Below, piece after piece: positions 1 to 10,105 of a stretch of DNA of 64,000 nucleotides. Within the stretch, counting starts at the first letter, position 1, and each line of letters opens with the position of its first letter. The stretch spans positions 232-64,231 of the forward strand of contig JBMFNW010000001.1 of assembly GCA_049969975.1 (NCBI GenBank). The letters are read 5' to 3'. Both the position numbers and the translations under genes were made by a program. The notes beneath the pieces are model-generated. The model saw only the letters and a program-made list of their open reading frames with translations. It was not told where the DNA came from and ran no database searches. Source of the stretch: Candidatus Nanoarchaeia archaeon. Lineage in GTDB: Archaea > Nanobdellota > Nanobdellia > UBA10117.

Positions 1-484
1 TTATCGAAATTGTGAGCTCGGTTGTTAGGCCGAGATTAGCTAAAATTTGTTTAGAAAGATTGTTGGGATTATCACTACAATTTGCATTGGTTGCATTTAT
101 GCGTATGTTTTTCATAGACCCAGGTGGGAGCTTGCCCGTGCAATCTGCACAATTTGAACTATTTATTTGAGTAATACAAGACGATCCTTTGGCGTTTAAA
201 AATAATTCAATACGCTCATTATCAAAATCAATCTCTCTATAGCCACAATTTTTAATAGTTACTTCTAAAAAATCGTCTGCAGTATATTTGACAGACATTA
301 TTTTCAAGCAACTTGCCAATTTCACTAAATATTCTGAACTTGCTTTTGTCCCAACTTCTTGAGTGGTTTTTTGGCTTCTTGTTATAAATACAAAAGCAGA
401 CACGCCTAATGAAAGTGTAATTAAAACAAAAAGCAAAATGGCAACAATTTCTGTTACACCTTTTCTTTGAAAATTTTTATACAT
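1..484 (-). CDS. Type IV pilin-like protein with class III signal peptide (5'-partial; continues beyond window start)
   Basis: Minus-strand ATG at 484..482 gives MYKNFQRKG|VTEIVAILLFVLITLSLGV... The N-terminus is basic, then Gly, then a hydrophobic helix, as in archaeal prepilins. It is Cys-rich (secreted) and has no in-frame stop before position 1. It lies in tandem with the 526..1056 pilin. Confidence 0.5.
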   Translation of the reverse strand, partial: MYKNFQRKGVTEIVAILLFVLITLSLGVSAFVFITRSQKTTQEVGTKASSEYLVKLASCLKIMSVKYTADDFLEVTIKNCGYREIDFDNERIELFLNAKGSSCITQINSSNCADCTGKLPPGSMKNIRINATNANCSDNPNNLSKQILANLGLTTELTISI

Positions 485-525
485 TTTTAATTCATTTTTA
501 GATTGGCAAATGCGATTAGCAAATA

Positions 526-1056
526 CTAATAAACAAAGCTTCCCGAAGTCGTTGTTTTACCACTAAAGTCTATTGTAAAAGAGTAAAGTCTTCCGCTTGC
601 CTCGCCTAACCAACACGGGCTTTGGTTTGATATGTTTAGCACAACTTTCTTAATTTGGCCTACATCTATTAATATATTTGATCCACAACCTTCTGTACAA
701 TTAACACCAGCCGCACCACTCCAATCGCTAGAACATTTAGCAACGCCATTTTCATCTTTTAATATCCATGTTGTTGTTGGATATGTAGAAGAATTTGGCA
801 GAGGTATTTTTGTATTGCCTGTGTTTTGTAAAAAGATTGTTAAATTGGCATAGCTCGCACTTTTTACATAATCTGCATCTAATACTTCTACTCTAGAAGC
901 CATTTGCGTTAGAGAAGTACTTTGAAAAGATTCAACTCCACCTTGGAGTTGATTTTGAATTCGTGTTAGCCAAAAAAAAGCTGCGCCAGCCACTGCTACA
1001 GTCATCATCAAAAGCAAAATTATTGCAATTATTGGGGTTATACCTTTGTTATTCAT
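526..1056 (-). CDS. Type IV pilin-like protein (class III signal peptide)
   Basis: N-terminus MNNKG|ITPIIAIILLLMMTVAVAGAAFF has the same KG-then-hydrophobic-helix prepilin motif. There are several N-x-S/T sites and Cys residues. The stop of the upstream ORF overlaps this start by 4 nt. Confidence 0.55.
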   Translation of the reverse strand: MNNKGITPIIAIILLLMMTVAVAGAAFFWLTRIQNQLQGGVESFQSTSLTQMASRVEVLDADYVKSASYANLTIFLQNTGNTKIPLPNSSTYPTTTWILKDENGVAKCSSDWSGAAGVNCTEGCGSNILIDVGQIKKVVLNISNQSPCWLGEASGRLYSFTIDFSGKTTTSGSFVY

Positions 1057-1364
1057 AGTCTTCTTACCTCTCCAAATTTCTTAAACATGTTGGCCAGTTC
1101 GCCAAGAGCTTTCAACAATTGCGCATTTTGTTCTATTATTTTATCCAATTTGGCCGAAAGCTCTTTTTCTGAATTTTCACTTTCAGTTTTTAAAGCTTTT
1201 TCACTTTCAATTTTTTCTTCCTCAGGAGATTCTGCAGGAAGTTCTGCAGCCTCGCGTAAAGTTTTAGTTAGCTCTCGGATTGATTCTATAATTTCAGCAA
1301 CAGCTTCTTGCGTTTTAATATTGCTTTCTATGAGTTTTTTAAGCAAATCTTTGCTTTCCTGCAT
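1053..1364 (-). CDS. Acidic coiled-coil protein, first gene of the pilin operon
   Basis: 103 aa, E/K-rich with heptad-like pattern. It overlaps the pilin start by 4 nt. Function unknown. Confidence 0.4.
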   Translation of the reverse strand: MQESKDLLKKLIESNIKTQEAVAEIIESIRELTKTLREAAELPAESPEEEKIESEKALKTESENSEKELSAKLDKIIEQNAQLLKALGELANMFKKFGEVRRL

Positions 1365-1468
1365 ATATTATTGTAAATTGAGCCATTATTTTAAAGCGTT
1401 CGTTGCCACTTCAAAATTGTTATTTTAGGAATTCTACAAATCTAAAATAAAAATTTTAAGAAAAAAAT

Positions 1469-3091
1469 TTAGTACTCTTCTTCCATACTAGGACCTTTAG
1501 GCCCTTTTTCTACAGATTTCCCTGCAGCAATTACATCATCAATTCTTAATGTCATCATAGCAACTTCTGTCGCAGATTTTATTGCTTGTGTTTTAATTTT
1601 TAGTGGTTCTATAACTCCTTTTTCAAACATATCCGCAGCTTTTCCTGTGAATACATCTAAGCCAGTATCAATTTTTCCTTTATCGTGCCAAGCTTTCAGT
1701 TCTGTGAGTACGTCGATTGGATCGAGACCAGCATTTTCAGCCAATGTTCGCGGCACAATTTCAAGTGAGTTTGCAAAAGCCTGAACTGCTAATTGCTCTC
1801 TACCACTTAATGTTTCGGCATAAGCTCTGAGCCTCTTTGCTAACTCTACTTCGATTGCTCCACCACCGCATACAAACTTGCCAACAGTCAATGCAGCAGC
1901 TAGATCACCAATTGCATCTGTCATAGCACGCTCAACTTCAGCCACAACATGCTCAGTTCCACCTCTTAGCAAAATTGTTACAGCTTTTGGATTTTCACAA
2001 CCTTCTACAAAAATCATCGATTCTTTGTGTACCTTTCGCTCTTCAACCAAACCTGCTTTGCCAAGATCTTCTGGCTTTAAATCATCAAGATTTGCAACAA
2101 TTTTTGCACCAGTGGCTTTTGCAAGTGCTTGTATGTCAGATTCTTTTATTCGTCTAGCAGCCAAAATTTTTTTCTTGGCCAAGTAATGCTGGACTAAATC
2201 ATCAATGCCTTTTTGGCAGAAAACTACATTTGCACCAGCAGCAACAATTTTATCAACCATTTCTTTAAGCATTTTTTGTTCTTGTTCTATGAATGCTTGC
2301 AATTGTTTTGGATCTGCAACTTGTATTTTTGCTTCGGTTTCTGTTTCTTTTATTTCAAGAGGACATTCTAAAACAGCAATTTTTGCATTTTTGATACTCG
2401 TTGGCATATCTGCATGTACTTTTTCTTTATCTAAAACTATGCCATTGATTAAAGCAGAATCGTCTATACCTCCACCCTCTTTCTTTTCTATTTTAATGTT
2501 AGAAGTGTCAATTTCTAAGCCACCATTTTTTGTTTCAGCAATTCGGAGTATTGCATCGATTGCAATTTGAGCCAAATTTTCTCGTGCAATTTCTACATTT
2601 TTACCAGTCATTGCAGTCATAGCAATTTTTTTGAGAAGCTCTTTGTCTGTTGGTTTTATTGGCTTGGCAATTTCTTCAAGAATTTTTTGAGCTCGTTCAG
2701 CAGCAAGCTGATATCCTTTTGCAATAACTGTTGGATGAACATTTTTATCTAGTAATTCTTCAGCATTTTTTAAGAGCTCACCAGCAAGTATTACGGCTGT
2801 TGTTGTACCGTCTCCAACTTCTGCCTCTTGTACTTTTGCTACTTCAATCATGATTTTAGCAGCAGGATGTTCAACTTCAAGCTCTTCTAGTATTGTAACC
2901 CCATCATTTGTAATTGTTATATCGCCCATTGTATCGACAAGCATTTTATCCATGCCTTTTGGGCCTAGTGTAGTTCTAACCGTGTCTGCAACGGCCTTTG
3001 CAGCAGCAATATTTGCTTTTTGCGCCATTTTGCCAGTGTTTCGAAGCGTGCTTTCTGGTAGAATGAGGATTGGTTGTACTTGTTTTGTCAT
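1469..3091 (-). CDS. ths: Thermosome subunit (group II chaperonin, CCT/TCP-1 family)
   Basis: GDGTTT ATP-binding motif, LGPKGMDKM and the chaperonin equatorial, apical and helical-protrusion layout. The likely true start is [11 protein letters not shown] at 3091, preceded by GGAGGTGAACAA. The track ORF is extended to 3130. Confidence 0.9.
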   Translation of the reverse strand: MTKQVQPILILPESTLRNTGKMAQKANIAAAKAVADTVRTTLGPKGMDKMLVDTMGDITITNDGVTILEELEVEHPAAKIMIEVAKVQEAEVGDGTTTAVILAGELLKNAEELLDKNVHPTVIAKGYQLAAERAQKILEEIAKPIKPTDKELLKKIAMTAMTGKNVEIARENLAQIAIDAILRIAETKNGGLEIDTSNIKIEKKEGGGIDDSALINGIVLDKEKVHADMPTSIKNAKIAVLECPLEIKETETEAKIQVADPKQLQAFIEQEQKMLKEMVDKIVAAGANVVFCQKGIDDLVQHYLAKKKILAARRIKESDIQALAKATGAKIVANLDDLKPEDLGKAGLVEERKVHKESMIFVEGCENPKAVTILLRGGTEHVVAEVERAMTDAIGDLAAALTVGKFVCGGGAIEVELAKRLRAYAETLSGREQLAVQAFANSLEIVPRTLAENAGLDPIDVLTELKAWHDKGKIDTGLDVFTGKAADMFEKGVIEPLKIKTQAIKSATEVAMMTLRIDDVIAAGKSVEKGPKGPSMEEEY

Positions 3092-3190
3092 TTGTTCACC
3101 TCCAAATGAATATAAATTAACTAGAGCCAAAACTTAAAAAATAAAAAGTTTTCGCTATAGTTTTCTTCATACTTTCTTTTTCTATTCTTT

Positions 3191-3427
3191 CTAATAAATT
3201 TTTTTAATCTCTTTTCTTATGTCTGCAATCAAAATTGCAATTATGAGCAAACTTATAGAAATAAATGCTGTGAAAAACATTGCCAAAGCATCTATAGTCA
3301 ATTGGGATATGCTTGCTGTTGCTTGCTTTATGAGAAATACTATTAATATAGACCAAATGGCCAAAATTAAAGTTAAACTAAATTCAACAAGATCTGGTTT
3401 TGTTATTTTTGTTTTTGCAAGTACCAT
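3191..3427 (-). CDS. Small two-TM membrane protein (hypothetical)
   Basis: 78 aa with two clear hydrophobic helices. The competing plus-strand ORF 3219..3512 looks less protein-like. Confidence 0.3.
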   Translation of the reverse strand: MVLAKTKITKPDLVEFSLTLILAIWSILIVFLIKQATASISQLTIDALAMFFTAFISISLLIIAILIADIRKEIKKIY

Positions 3428-3533
3428 TTTTAACTTAGCAATTTTTCAATTTTTAAATCTTATGTATTTAAATAAAGTTACAAAAATAAAACTTCAAAAA
3501 CTTTTTATTTGAGCCATTTTATTTTAAACTATA

Positions 3534-4040
3534 ATGTCTAATATTATAACTTTGCTAGACAATGAAAAGATAAGATATAAAGGTACCTTTGATTTAAAAG
3601 CACTTTATGAACATGCATTAAACTGGCTTCTTTGGAGGAATTTTGAAGTTAGTGAAAAACGCTATATTCTTAGGAAAAAACCTTCAGGAAATGAGCTTTT
3701 CATAGACTGGGAAGCTGTGAAAAATGTTGATGAGTATTCGCAAATAAAAATAAGTGTAAGATATATGATTATTGGTCTGAAAGATGTTGAAGCAAAAGTT
3801 GCCGGCAAACCAAAGACAATGCAAAATGGAGATCTATTTCTTTTTGTTTCAGCCTCTCTTGTAACAGATAGGCAAGAATTTTGGGCGCAAAATGTGTTTT
3901 ATAGTTTTTTACGCGCTTTTTACGACCGCTTTATTTATAGAACAACAATTGAGAGATTGAAATCTGAAATTTCTAACTTGGGTTGGACATTCTTTAATGA
4001 ACTGAAAGCATTTTTACAAACCTTTAGATATGTTAGTTAG
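3534..4040 (+). CDS. Hypothetical protein, tandem paralog A
   Basis: 168 aa, collinear similarity to the next ORF along its whole length, including a shared C-terminal FFNELK(A/S)FLQ block. Confidence 0.55.
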   Translation: MSNIITLLDNEKIRYKGTFDLKALYEHALNWLLWRNFEVSEKRYILRKKPSGNELFIDWEAVKNVDEYSQIKISVRYMIIGLKDVEAKVAGKPKTMQNGDLFLFVSASLVTDRQEFWAQNVFYSFLRAFYDRFIYRTTIERLKSEISNLGWTFFNELKAFLQTFRYVS

Positions 4041-4087
4041 CAAAAGTTTTGCAAAAAAGTTTTTAACCTACATCACATTTTACTAGT

Positions 4088-4591
4088 ATGGCCAATGTTA
4101 TAAAGCTCCTTGATCGCGAGAATTTGCAATACTCTGGCGTTTTTAATTTTGAAGAATTTTTAGAACATGCACGATCTTGGCTAAGTTGGAGAAAATTTGA
4201 TATCGAAGAGAAACGTTTTGAAGAAAAAGTAAAACTTGGGCGAGAGTACAAAATTTGGTGGTATGCTGTAAAATGTATAGATGAATACTCTGCAATTCGT
4301 ATTGTTTTTGAATTATCTATTACAGATGTAATTGATGTTGAAGTTCAAATTGATAAGAAAAAAAAGAAAATGCAAAAAGGAGATATTAATATATATATAA
4401 CTTCTGAATTGATTACGGATAGACAAGATTATTGGACGCAAAATGCTTTTTTTAGCTTTTTGAGAGGCTTTTATGATAGATACATTTATGCGAGCACAAT
4501 TGACAAATTAAAAGGGGAGGCTTGGAATTTGGGCTGGGGTTTTTTTAATGAATTAAAATCTTTTTTACAACTTTATAAATACTCAGAATAA
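4088..4591 (+). CDS. Hypothetical protein, tandem paralog B
   Basis: 167 aa, collinear with 3534..4040. Immediately followed by the Hsp20 gene, which has a strong RBS (AAAGGAGGTGAGAAAATG). Confidence 0.55.
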   Translation: MANVIKLLDRENLQYSGVFNFEEFLEHARSWLSWRKFDIEEKRFEEKVKLGREYKIWWYAVKCIDEYSAIRIVFELSITDVIDVEVQIDKKKKKMQKGDINIYITSELITDRQDYWTQNAFFSFLRGFYDRYIYASTIDKLKGEAWNLGWGFFNELKSFLQLYKYSE

Positions 4592-4615
4592 AAGAAAGTA
4601 AAAGGAGGTGAGAAA

Positions 4616-5047
4616 ATGTTGTGGGACGAAACTTTTTGGGAAGATTTTGAAAGAACAATGCGCGAACTACGAAAACAAATAGCTTTGATGACTACACCAA
4701 TTGCAACGAAAGAGCTTTTTGAACCTTTTGCAGATGTAGTAGAAGAAGATGGCAAGCTACGAATTGATATCGATTTGCCGGGCATACAAAAAGAAGATAT
4801 ACAAATATTAGCAACAGAAACTTCATTAGAAGTACGTGCAGCCAGGAAAGAAGAAAAAGCTGAGCGCGGGAAAACTTTCTATAGACACGAAAGGTTTGCT
4901 AAGTCTTTCTATAAAGCCATGACTTTGCCAGCAAAAATAGACCCAACAAAAATTTCTGCAGAGTATAAAGATGGAGTATTGAGAATAGAAGCGCCTTTAA
5001 AAGAGAAAGAAAAGGAAGAGAAAAAGATAAAAGTAAAAGTTAAGTAA
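4616..5047 (+). CDS. hsp20: Small heat-shock protein, Hsp20/alpha-crystallin family
   Basis: 143 aa with an alpha-crystallin domain pattern (..DGVLRIEAPL..) and a Lys/Glu-rich C-terminal tail. Confidence 0.75.
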   Translation: MLWDETFWEDFERTMRELRKQIALMTTPIATKELFEPFADVVEEDGKLRIDIDLPGIQKEDIQILATETSLEVRAARKEEKAERGKTFYRHERFAKSFYKAMTLPAKIDPTKISAEYKDGVLRIEAPLKEKEKEEKKIKVKVK

Positions 5048-5088
5048 ATTGGAACTAACAAAATCAAATACAAAATTAAATTGTACTT

Positions 5089-6099
5089 TCAAATTGTACT
5101 TATTTTGTTTTTTTCTATTTTAAATTTTTTGCCAAAAAATTGCTCGCAAACCCAAATATTTGTTTTTGTGTGCTGAGTTATCTCTGAAGTAACAAACTGA
5201 CCTCCAAATAGAGCTAAAAAAGGAATGAGCTGGTCTGCAAGGTGCTTATCCACTGTAGCACCAGATTTTATTTCTTTTTCAAGCTCAAATGCAACTTCTT
5301 GCCCTATTTGTTCCGCAGGCTTTCCCGGCTCGCCGAGTGCTGATGCAGCGAGCTTGCAATTGCTGAAAAGCGCATGGGCATAAAGCGAACTTCCTGGTGA
5401 TTTTGTTTTGCAGTACTCTGAAAAGGTTTTAATTTTATAGCCGTGTAAACTTGAGCAGAAAGCAGAAAGTTGCCTTTCAGCAACATTTTTCTGTTTCAAA
5501 TTTTCTGATGCAACCGAAAATGCTTTGATATCAAAAAGCTCTCCTTGCTCAAGCAAATCAAGCCTTTTTGGATTTTTAATTGGTAATGTTTTGACTTTAA
5601 CATGGCCACCTCCTAAAGGATAAAATCCTCTTGCAAGAGTTTGGCATGTTATGAGAAAACCAAACTTTTCTGCATAATCACAAAAAACATTTTCAAAAAA
5701 TTCGATTGGGGGGCTCCATGCAACATTTGTACCGCCAATTAGCTCTAGCTCTATTGGACCAGGTGCAAAAGCAGCAATTGGCGCAAGTGTTTGGAGAACA
5801 AGCGTTATTGCGCCAGCAGTGCCTATATCAAATTTAAATTTGCCAAAACGAATTTTTTTAGGCCTAAATTCTAGCTCTCTTGAGCCAAGCTCAGCGCCCT
5901 TTACATCTGCAGCACAAAGCTTTGCAGCAGCAAAAACGCTTGTCAAGTGCTGAGCTTTTAGGCCGGGCTCTGGCCTGCCAGCCCTTATGTTAAAAACTTT
6001 TATTGGAACTCCTTTAATCGCTGACAAAGAAATTGCGGTGCGAAGTATTTGTCCGCCAGATTCGCCATAGCTGCCATCAATTTCAATAAAGTCGAGCAT
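5089..6099 (-). CDS. rtcA: RNA 3'-terminal phosphate cyclase
   Basis: 336 aa. The N-terminus MLDFIEIDGSYGESGGQILRTAISLSAIKGVPIKVFNIRAGRPEPGLKAQHL is characteristic of RtcA, including the His that gets adenylylated. Confidence 0.8.
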   Translation of the reverse strand: MLDFIEIDGSYGESGGQILRTAISLSAIKGVPIKVFNIRAGRPEPGLKAQHLTSVFAAAKLCAADVKGAELGSRELEFRPKKIRFGKFKFDIGTAGAITLVLQTLAPIAAFAPGPIELELIGGTNVAWSPPIEFFENVFCDYAEKFGFLITCQTLARGFYPLGGGHVKVKTLPIKNPKRLDLLEQGELFDIKAFSVASENLKQKNVAERQLSAFCSSLHGYKIKTFSEYCKTKSPGSSLYAHALFSNCKLAASALGEPGKPAEQIGQEVAFELEKEIKSGATVDKHLADQLIPFLALFGGQFVTSEITQHTKTNIWVCEQFFGKKFKIEKNKISTI

Positions 6100-6131
6100 A
6101 AATTTTTAAAGTCGTGCTAAAATAAAAAGCT

Positions 6132-7415
6132 ATGCTTGATATTTCATTGCTTCGCGAGCGGCCGGATATTATTAAAAAATCTTTGCTTGCTCGTGGGCTT
6201 CCAACAGACATAGTAGATTGGGCAGCAGATTTAGATAGTCATTGGCGTACAACGCAGCAAAAGTTGGATGAGCTTAGACATGTAAGAAATCTTCTTTCTG
6301 AAAAAATAAACCAACTTAAAAAAGAAGGCAAGTCGGTACAAGCAGAACTTGCTAAAGCAAAAGAAATAGCAAAGCAAATAGAAAATTTAGAAATCGAAGC
6401 CAAGAACCTAAAAGATAAAAGAGATCAACTTCTTTTTGAAATGCCCAATATATTAGATCCTGATGTTCCTTTTGGCAAAGATGAAAGCGAAAATAAAGAA
6501 ATAAAGCGTGTTGGCAAGCCAAAACATTTTACATTTACACCCCTTCACCATCAAGACCTTTTAGCATCTTTAGATTGTTTAGACATCGAACAAGCAGCCA
6601 AGGTGGCTGGAGCAAGATTTTATTATTTGAAAAATGAGCTTGTTAAACTTAATCTTGCACTAATTTTATTTTCTTTCAATTTTTTAGTACAAAAAGGCAT
6701 GAAGCCGATTCAGCCGCCTTATATGTTAAACAAAGCAGCACTGTCAGGCGCAATACACATATCTACTTTTGAAGATGCAATTTATAAAATAGAAAATGAG
6801 GATCTTTATTTAATTGCAACTGCAGAGCACCCAGTTGTGGCTTACTTGGCCCACAAAATTGTTCCAAAAGAAGAATTGCCACTTAGATTTGTTGGTATTA
6901 GTCCTTGTTTTAGAAAAGAAGCGGGTGCGCATGGTAAAGATACAAAGGGAATATTTAGAGTGCACCAATTCGAAAAAGTTGAACAAGTTTCTTTTTGCGA
7001 ACCAAGCAAAGTTAAAGAAGAATTTGAATTTTTACTTAAAAATTCTGAACAAATGCTAAAAGCACTTAAAATACCTTATAGGCTTGTTTTTCTTTGTTCA
7101 GGCGATACGGGAAAAGCTGCAGCAAAAACAATTGATTTTGAAGGTTGGTTTCCAGCACAACAAAAGTATAGAGAATTAGGCTCTTGTTCAAATTTGAACG
7201 ACTATCAAGCAAGACGACTTGATATAAAATACTTTGATGGTAAAAAAACCGCATACTTGGCAACTTTAAATAATACGGGCATTGCAATGGAAAGAACACT
7301 AGCTTGTATAGTTGAAAATAACCAGCAAAAAGATGGCAGTATTAAAATACCAAAAGTTCTTTGGCCGTACACAAAATTTAAAGTAATCGAGGCCAAGGCA
7401 AAAAAATTAAATTAA
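6132..7415 (+). CDS. serS: Seryl-tRNA synthetase
   Basis: 427 aa with an N-terminal coiled-coil arm and class II motifs (FRKEAGAHGKDTKGIFRVHQFEKVEQ; GSCSNLNDYQARRL). Confidence 0.85.
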   Translation: MLDISLLRERPDIIKKSLLARGLPTDIVDWAADLDSHWRTTQQKLDELRHVRNLLSEKINQLKKEGKSVQAELAKAKEIAKQIENLEIEAKNLKDKRDQLLFEMPNILDPDVPFGKDESENKEIKRVGKPKHFTFTPLHHQDLLASLDCLDIEQAAKVAGARFYYLKNELVKLNLALILFSFNFLVQKGMKPIQPPYMLNKAALSGAIHISTFEDAIYKIENEDLYLIATAEHPVVAYLAHKIVPKEELPLRFVGISPCFRKEAGAHGKDTKGIFRVHQFEKVEQVSFCEPSKVKEEFEFLLKNSEQMLKALKIPYRLVFLCSGDTGKAAAKTIDFEGWFPAQQKYRELGSCSNLNDYQARRLDIKYFDGKKTAYLATLNNTGIAMERTLACIVENNQQKDGSIKIPKVLWPYTKFKVIEAKAKKLN

Positions 7416-7464
7416 AGAAAGTAAAAGGCAAAAGTTTAAAAATTATTTACTCGAGTATATAAAT

Positions 7465-8058
7465 ATGAAAATATTGGCTGTAGGAGATTTGCACGGCGAT
7501 TTACGCCAGGCAACGCGCATAGCAGAAAAAGCAAAGAAAGAAAAAGCAGACCTAATTATCATAAATGGAGATTTCACTCTTGGTGATAGGCACACACAAG
7601 GTCTATTTGCAGTGTTAAAAAATACAAAAATACCAATTCTTGCACTGCCTGGAAATCACGAAAGCATGGCAACATTCGAAGCGCTTGCAAAAAAATACGA
7701 TTTCATGAGCATACACGGCTATGCTGCAAAATTTGGAGATGTTGGTATTTTTGGGTGTGGCGCGGCCGATGTGGGATTGTTTCAATTGTCAGAAAAAGAA
7801 ATTTATTCTCTTTTAAAAAAGAGTTTTAATTATGTAAAAGATTGTAAGAAAAAAATAATGGTTACGCACATGCATCCAGATGGAGTGAAGTTTAGTAAAA
7901 TTTTTGCTGGCAGTAAAGCAATTAAAAATGCTATTAAAACATTCAAGCCAGATTTAGCTCTTTGCAGCCACATTCACGAAGCTTCTGGTCTTGAAGATGT
8001 AATTGGTCAAACAAAACTTCTCGTTGTTGGAAAAGAGGGGCACGTTATAAACATTTGA
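7465..8058 (+). CDS. Calcineurin-like metallophosphoesterase
   Basis: GDLHGD, INGDF and GNHE motifs in a 197-aa protein. Confidence 0.75.
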   Translation: MKILAVGDLHGDLRQATRIAEKAKKEKADLIIINGDFTLGDRHTQGLFAVLKNTKIPILALPGNHESMATFEALAKKYDFMSIHGYAAKFGDVGIFGCGAADVGLFQLSEKEIYSLLKKSFNYVKDCKKKIMVTHMHPDGVKFSKIFAGSKAIKNAIKTFKPDLALCSHIHEASGLEDVIGQTKLLVVGKEGHVINI

Positions 8059-8059
8059 T

Positions 8060-10105
8060 ATGGCGAATATTTTGATAATTGCAGAAAAGCCAGCTGCAGC
8101 CCAAAAAATCGCTTTTGCTCTTGGCAAAACAAAAATTGAAAGAAAAGGAAAAGTGCGTTACTTCGTATCCGAATCGAACAGCGATAAGCTAATAGTTGTA
8201 TCTGCAGTAGGCCATCTTTTTACTTTAGCCCCAAAAAATAAAACAGAATTTCCGATTTTTGATTTGGAATGGAAACCTATTTGGCTGGTCTCGAAAAAGA
8301 GCTCTTTTGCTAAACAGTACGCAGAATTAATCGAATCGTTAGCTAAAGAAGCAGACAAATTTATTTTAGCTTGCGATTATGATGTCGAAGGTGAAGTCAT
8401 CGGGCTAAATGTGCTGCGCTTTCTTTGTCACAGAAGCGATGCACAGCGAATGCGCTTTTCGACGCTAACACCAATAGATTTGCGAAGTGCGTATGAAAAT
8501 GTTTTGCCAACACTAGATTGGGGACAAGCGGATGCTGGTGAGACAAGACATTATTTAGATTGGCTTTGGGGAATTAATCTTTCGAGAGCCATAATGCGTG
8601 CGCTCGAAAGCGCTAAAAAAAGAAGTATTTTATCTATAGGAAGAGTTCAAGGTCCTGCCTTAGCCATTTTAGTAAACCGCGAACTTGAAATAAGGCATTT
8701 TGTACCAAAACCCTTTTGGCAAATCTCAATTTCATTAAAAACAAAACCTCCAATAGAGGCGCTGCATCATAAAAATGTTTTTTGGGATGAGTGCGAAGCT
8801 AAAGCAATTTATGAAAAAGTGGCTAACAAGCCAGCCAAAGTGAGCTCAATAAATGTTGCCGAACAGGAAATACAACCGCCAACACCTTTTGATTTAACAA
8901 CTTTACAAACAGAAGCTTGGCGATGTTTTAAATTTTCACCATCTAAAACACAGCAGCTAGCTCAAGATCTTTACACAGAAGCACTTATAAGCTATCCAAG
9001 AACATCTAGCCAAAAGCTTCCTCCAAGTATAAACTACAAACGTATTCTTACTGCCTTGTCAAGACAAAAAGTATATTGTGAAGCAGTATCAGAACTTTTG
9101 ACACAATCTAACTTAAAGCCTAGACAAGGTTCTAAGACAGATCCTGCACACCCAGCAATTTATCCAACTGGAGAAAAGCCAGCAAAATTAGATTCGCAGC
9201 ACGAAGCTCTTTATGATTTAATTGTAAGAAGATTTTTGGCTTGTTTTGGCAAGCCAGCAAAAAAAGAAGTTGTAAAAATTATTTTCGATGTCAATGGTGA
9301 AGATTTTCATTACAGTGGAACTTCTATAACAGAGGAAGGCTGGAGAGTTTTTTACAAACCATATCTCGAAACTGAGAAGAAAAAGATACCTGCGCTCAAA
9401 GTTTCAGATATTCTAGAACAAAAAACAAATTTACTTAGCAAAAAAACAGAACCACCAAAACGTTTCTCACCAGCCACAATAATAAAAGAGTTAGAAAAAA
9501 GAGGACTTGGTACAAAAGCTACACGTGCACAAATAATCGATACTTTGTATAAGAGAGGATATATTAAAGGCCACTCTTCGATAGAAGTTACGGCCCTTGG
9601 ATTAAAGCTCACCGAAGTTCTAAAAATGCATGCGCCAGATATTCTTTCAGAAGCACTTACAAGGCGGTTTGAAAAAGATATGGAAGAAGTGCGAGAAAGG
9701 CGTAAGAAAAAAGAAGATGTATTTTATGAAGCTAAAAATACTTTGATTCGTTTGCTTAATCAAATTAATTTACATCAAAAAGAAATAGGAGATGGTTTGC
9801 TGTTGGCTCTTGAGCAAACAAAAAAAGAAGATATTTTTGCACCATGCCCAAAGTGTAAAAAAGGAAACTTAAGAATTATTGTTTCAAAAAAAACAAAAAA
9901 GAAGTTTTTGGCTTGTGATAAATATCCTGAATGCAAAACGACATGGCCATTGCCTCAACATGGCATGCTCAAAATTTTAAAAGAAAAACATTCTTGTGGC
10001 ATTCCGTTTATACAAATTATTTCAAAAGGTAAAAAACCTTGGACTTTTTGCCCAAATCCGGAGTGCAAAAGCAATCAAAACAACAATCAAACAAATCAAA
10101 GTTAA
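8060..10105 (+). CDS. topA: DNA topoisomerase, type IA (Topo I/III-like)
   Basis: 681 aa with an N-terminal TOPRIM (ILIIAEKP; DYDVEGE) and a topo IA core. C-terminal CPKC and C..C zinc ribbons. No helicase domain, so not reverse gyrase. Confidence 0.8.
   Translation: MANILIIAEKPAAAQKIAFALGKTKIERKGKVRYFVSESNSDKLIVVSAVGHLFTLAPKNKTEFPIFDLEWKPIWLVSKKSSFAKQYAELIESLAKEADKFILACDYDVEGEVIGLNVLRFLCHRSDAQRMRFSTLTPIDLRSAYENVLPTLDWGQADAGETRHYLDWLWGINLSRAIMRALESAKKRSILSIGRVQGPALAILVNRELEIRHFVPKPFWQISISLKTKPPIEALHHKNVFWDECEAKAIYEKVANKPAKVSSINVAEQEIQPPTPFDLTTLQTEAWRCFKFSPSKTQQLAQDLYTEALISYPRTSSQKLPPSINYKRILTALSRQKVYCEAVSELLTQSNLKPRQGSKTDPAHPAIYPTGEKPAKLDSQHEALYDLIVRRFLACFGKPAKKEVVKIIFDVNGEDFHYSGTSITEEGWRVFYKPYLETEKKKIPALKVSDILEQKTNLLSKKTEPPKRFSPATIIKELEKRGLGTKATRAQIIDTLYKRGYIKGHSSIEVTALGLKLTEVLKMHAPDILSEALTRRFEKDMEEVRERRKKKEDVFYEAKNTLIRLLNQINLHQKEIGDGLLLALEQTKKEDIFAPCPKCKKGNLRIIVSKKTKKKFLACDKYPECKTTWPLPQHGMLKILKEKHSCGIPFIQIISKGKKPWTFCPNPECKSNQNNNQTNQS

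Noticed and set aside
632-853. 73-aa plus-strand ORF
   Set aside because: It is antisense to the pilin gene 526..1056, with no start context. Similar antisense ORFs inside thermosome, cdc48, polB, tldD, cysS and others are rejected for the same reason.
5078-5103. 13-nt direct repeat AAATTGTACTTTC/AAATTGTACTTAT between hsp20 and rtcA
   Set aside because: It is probably part of a shared T-rich bidirectional terminator region. Too short and imperfect to call a mobile-element end.
8060-10105. Reverse gyrase
   Set aside because: The protein has a TOPRIM/topo IA core and zinc ribbons but no N-terminal helicase domain or Walker A. It is an ordinary type IA topoisomerase.
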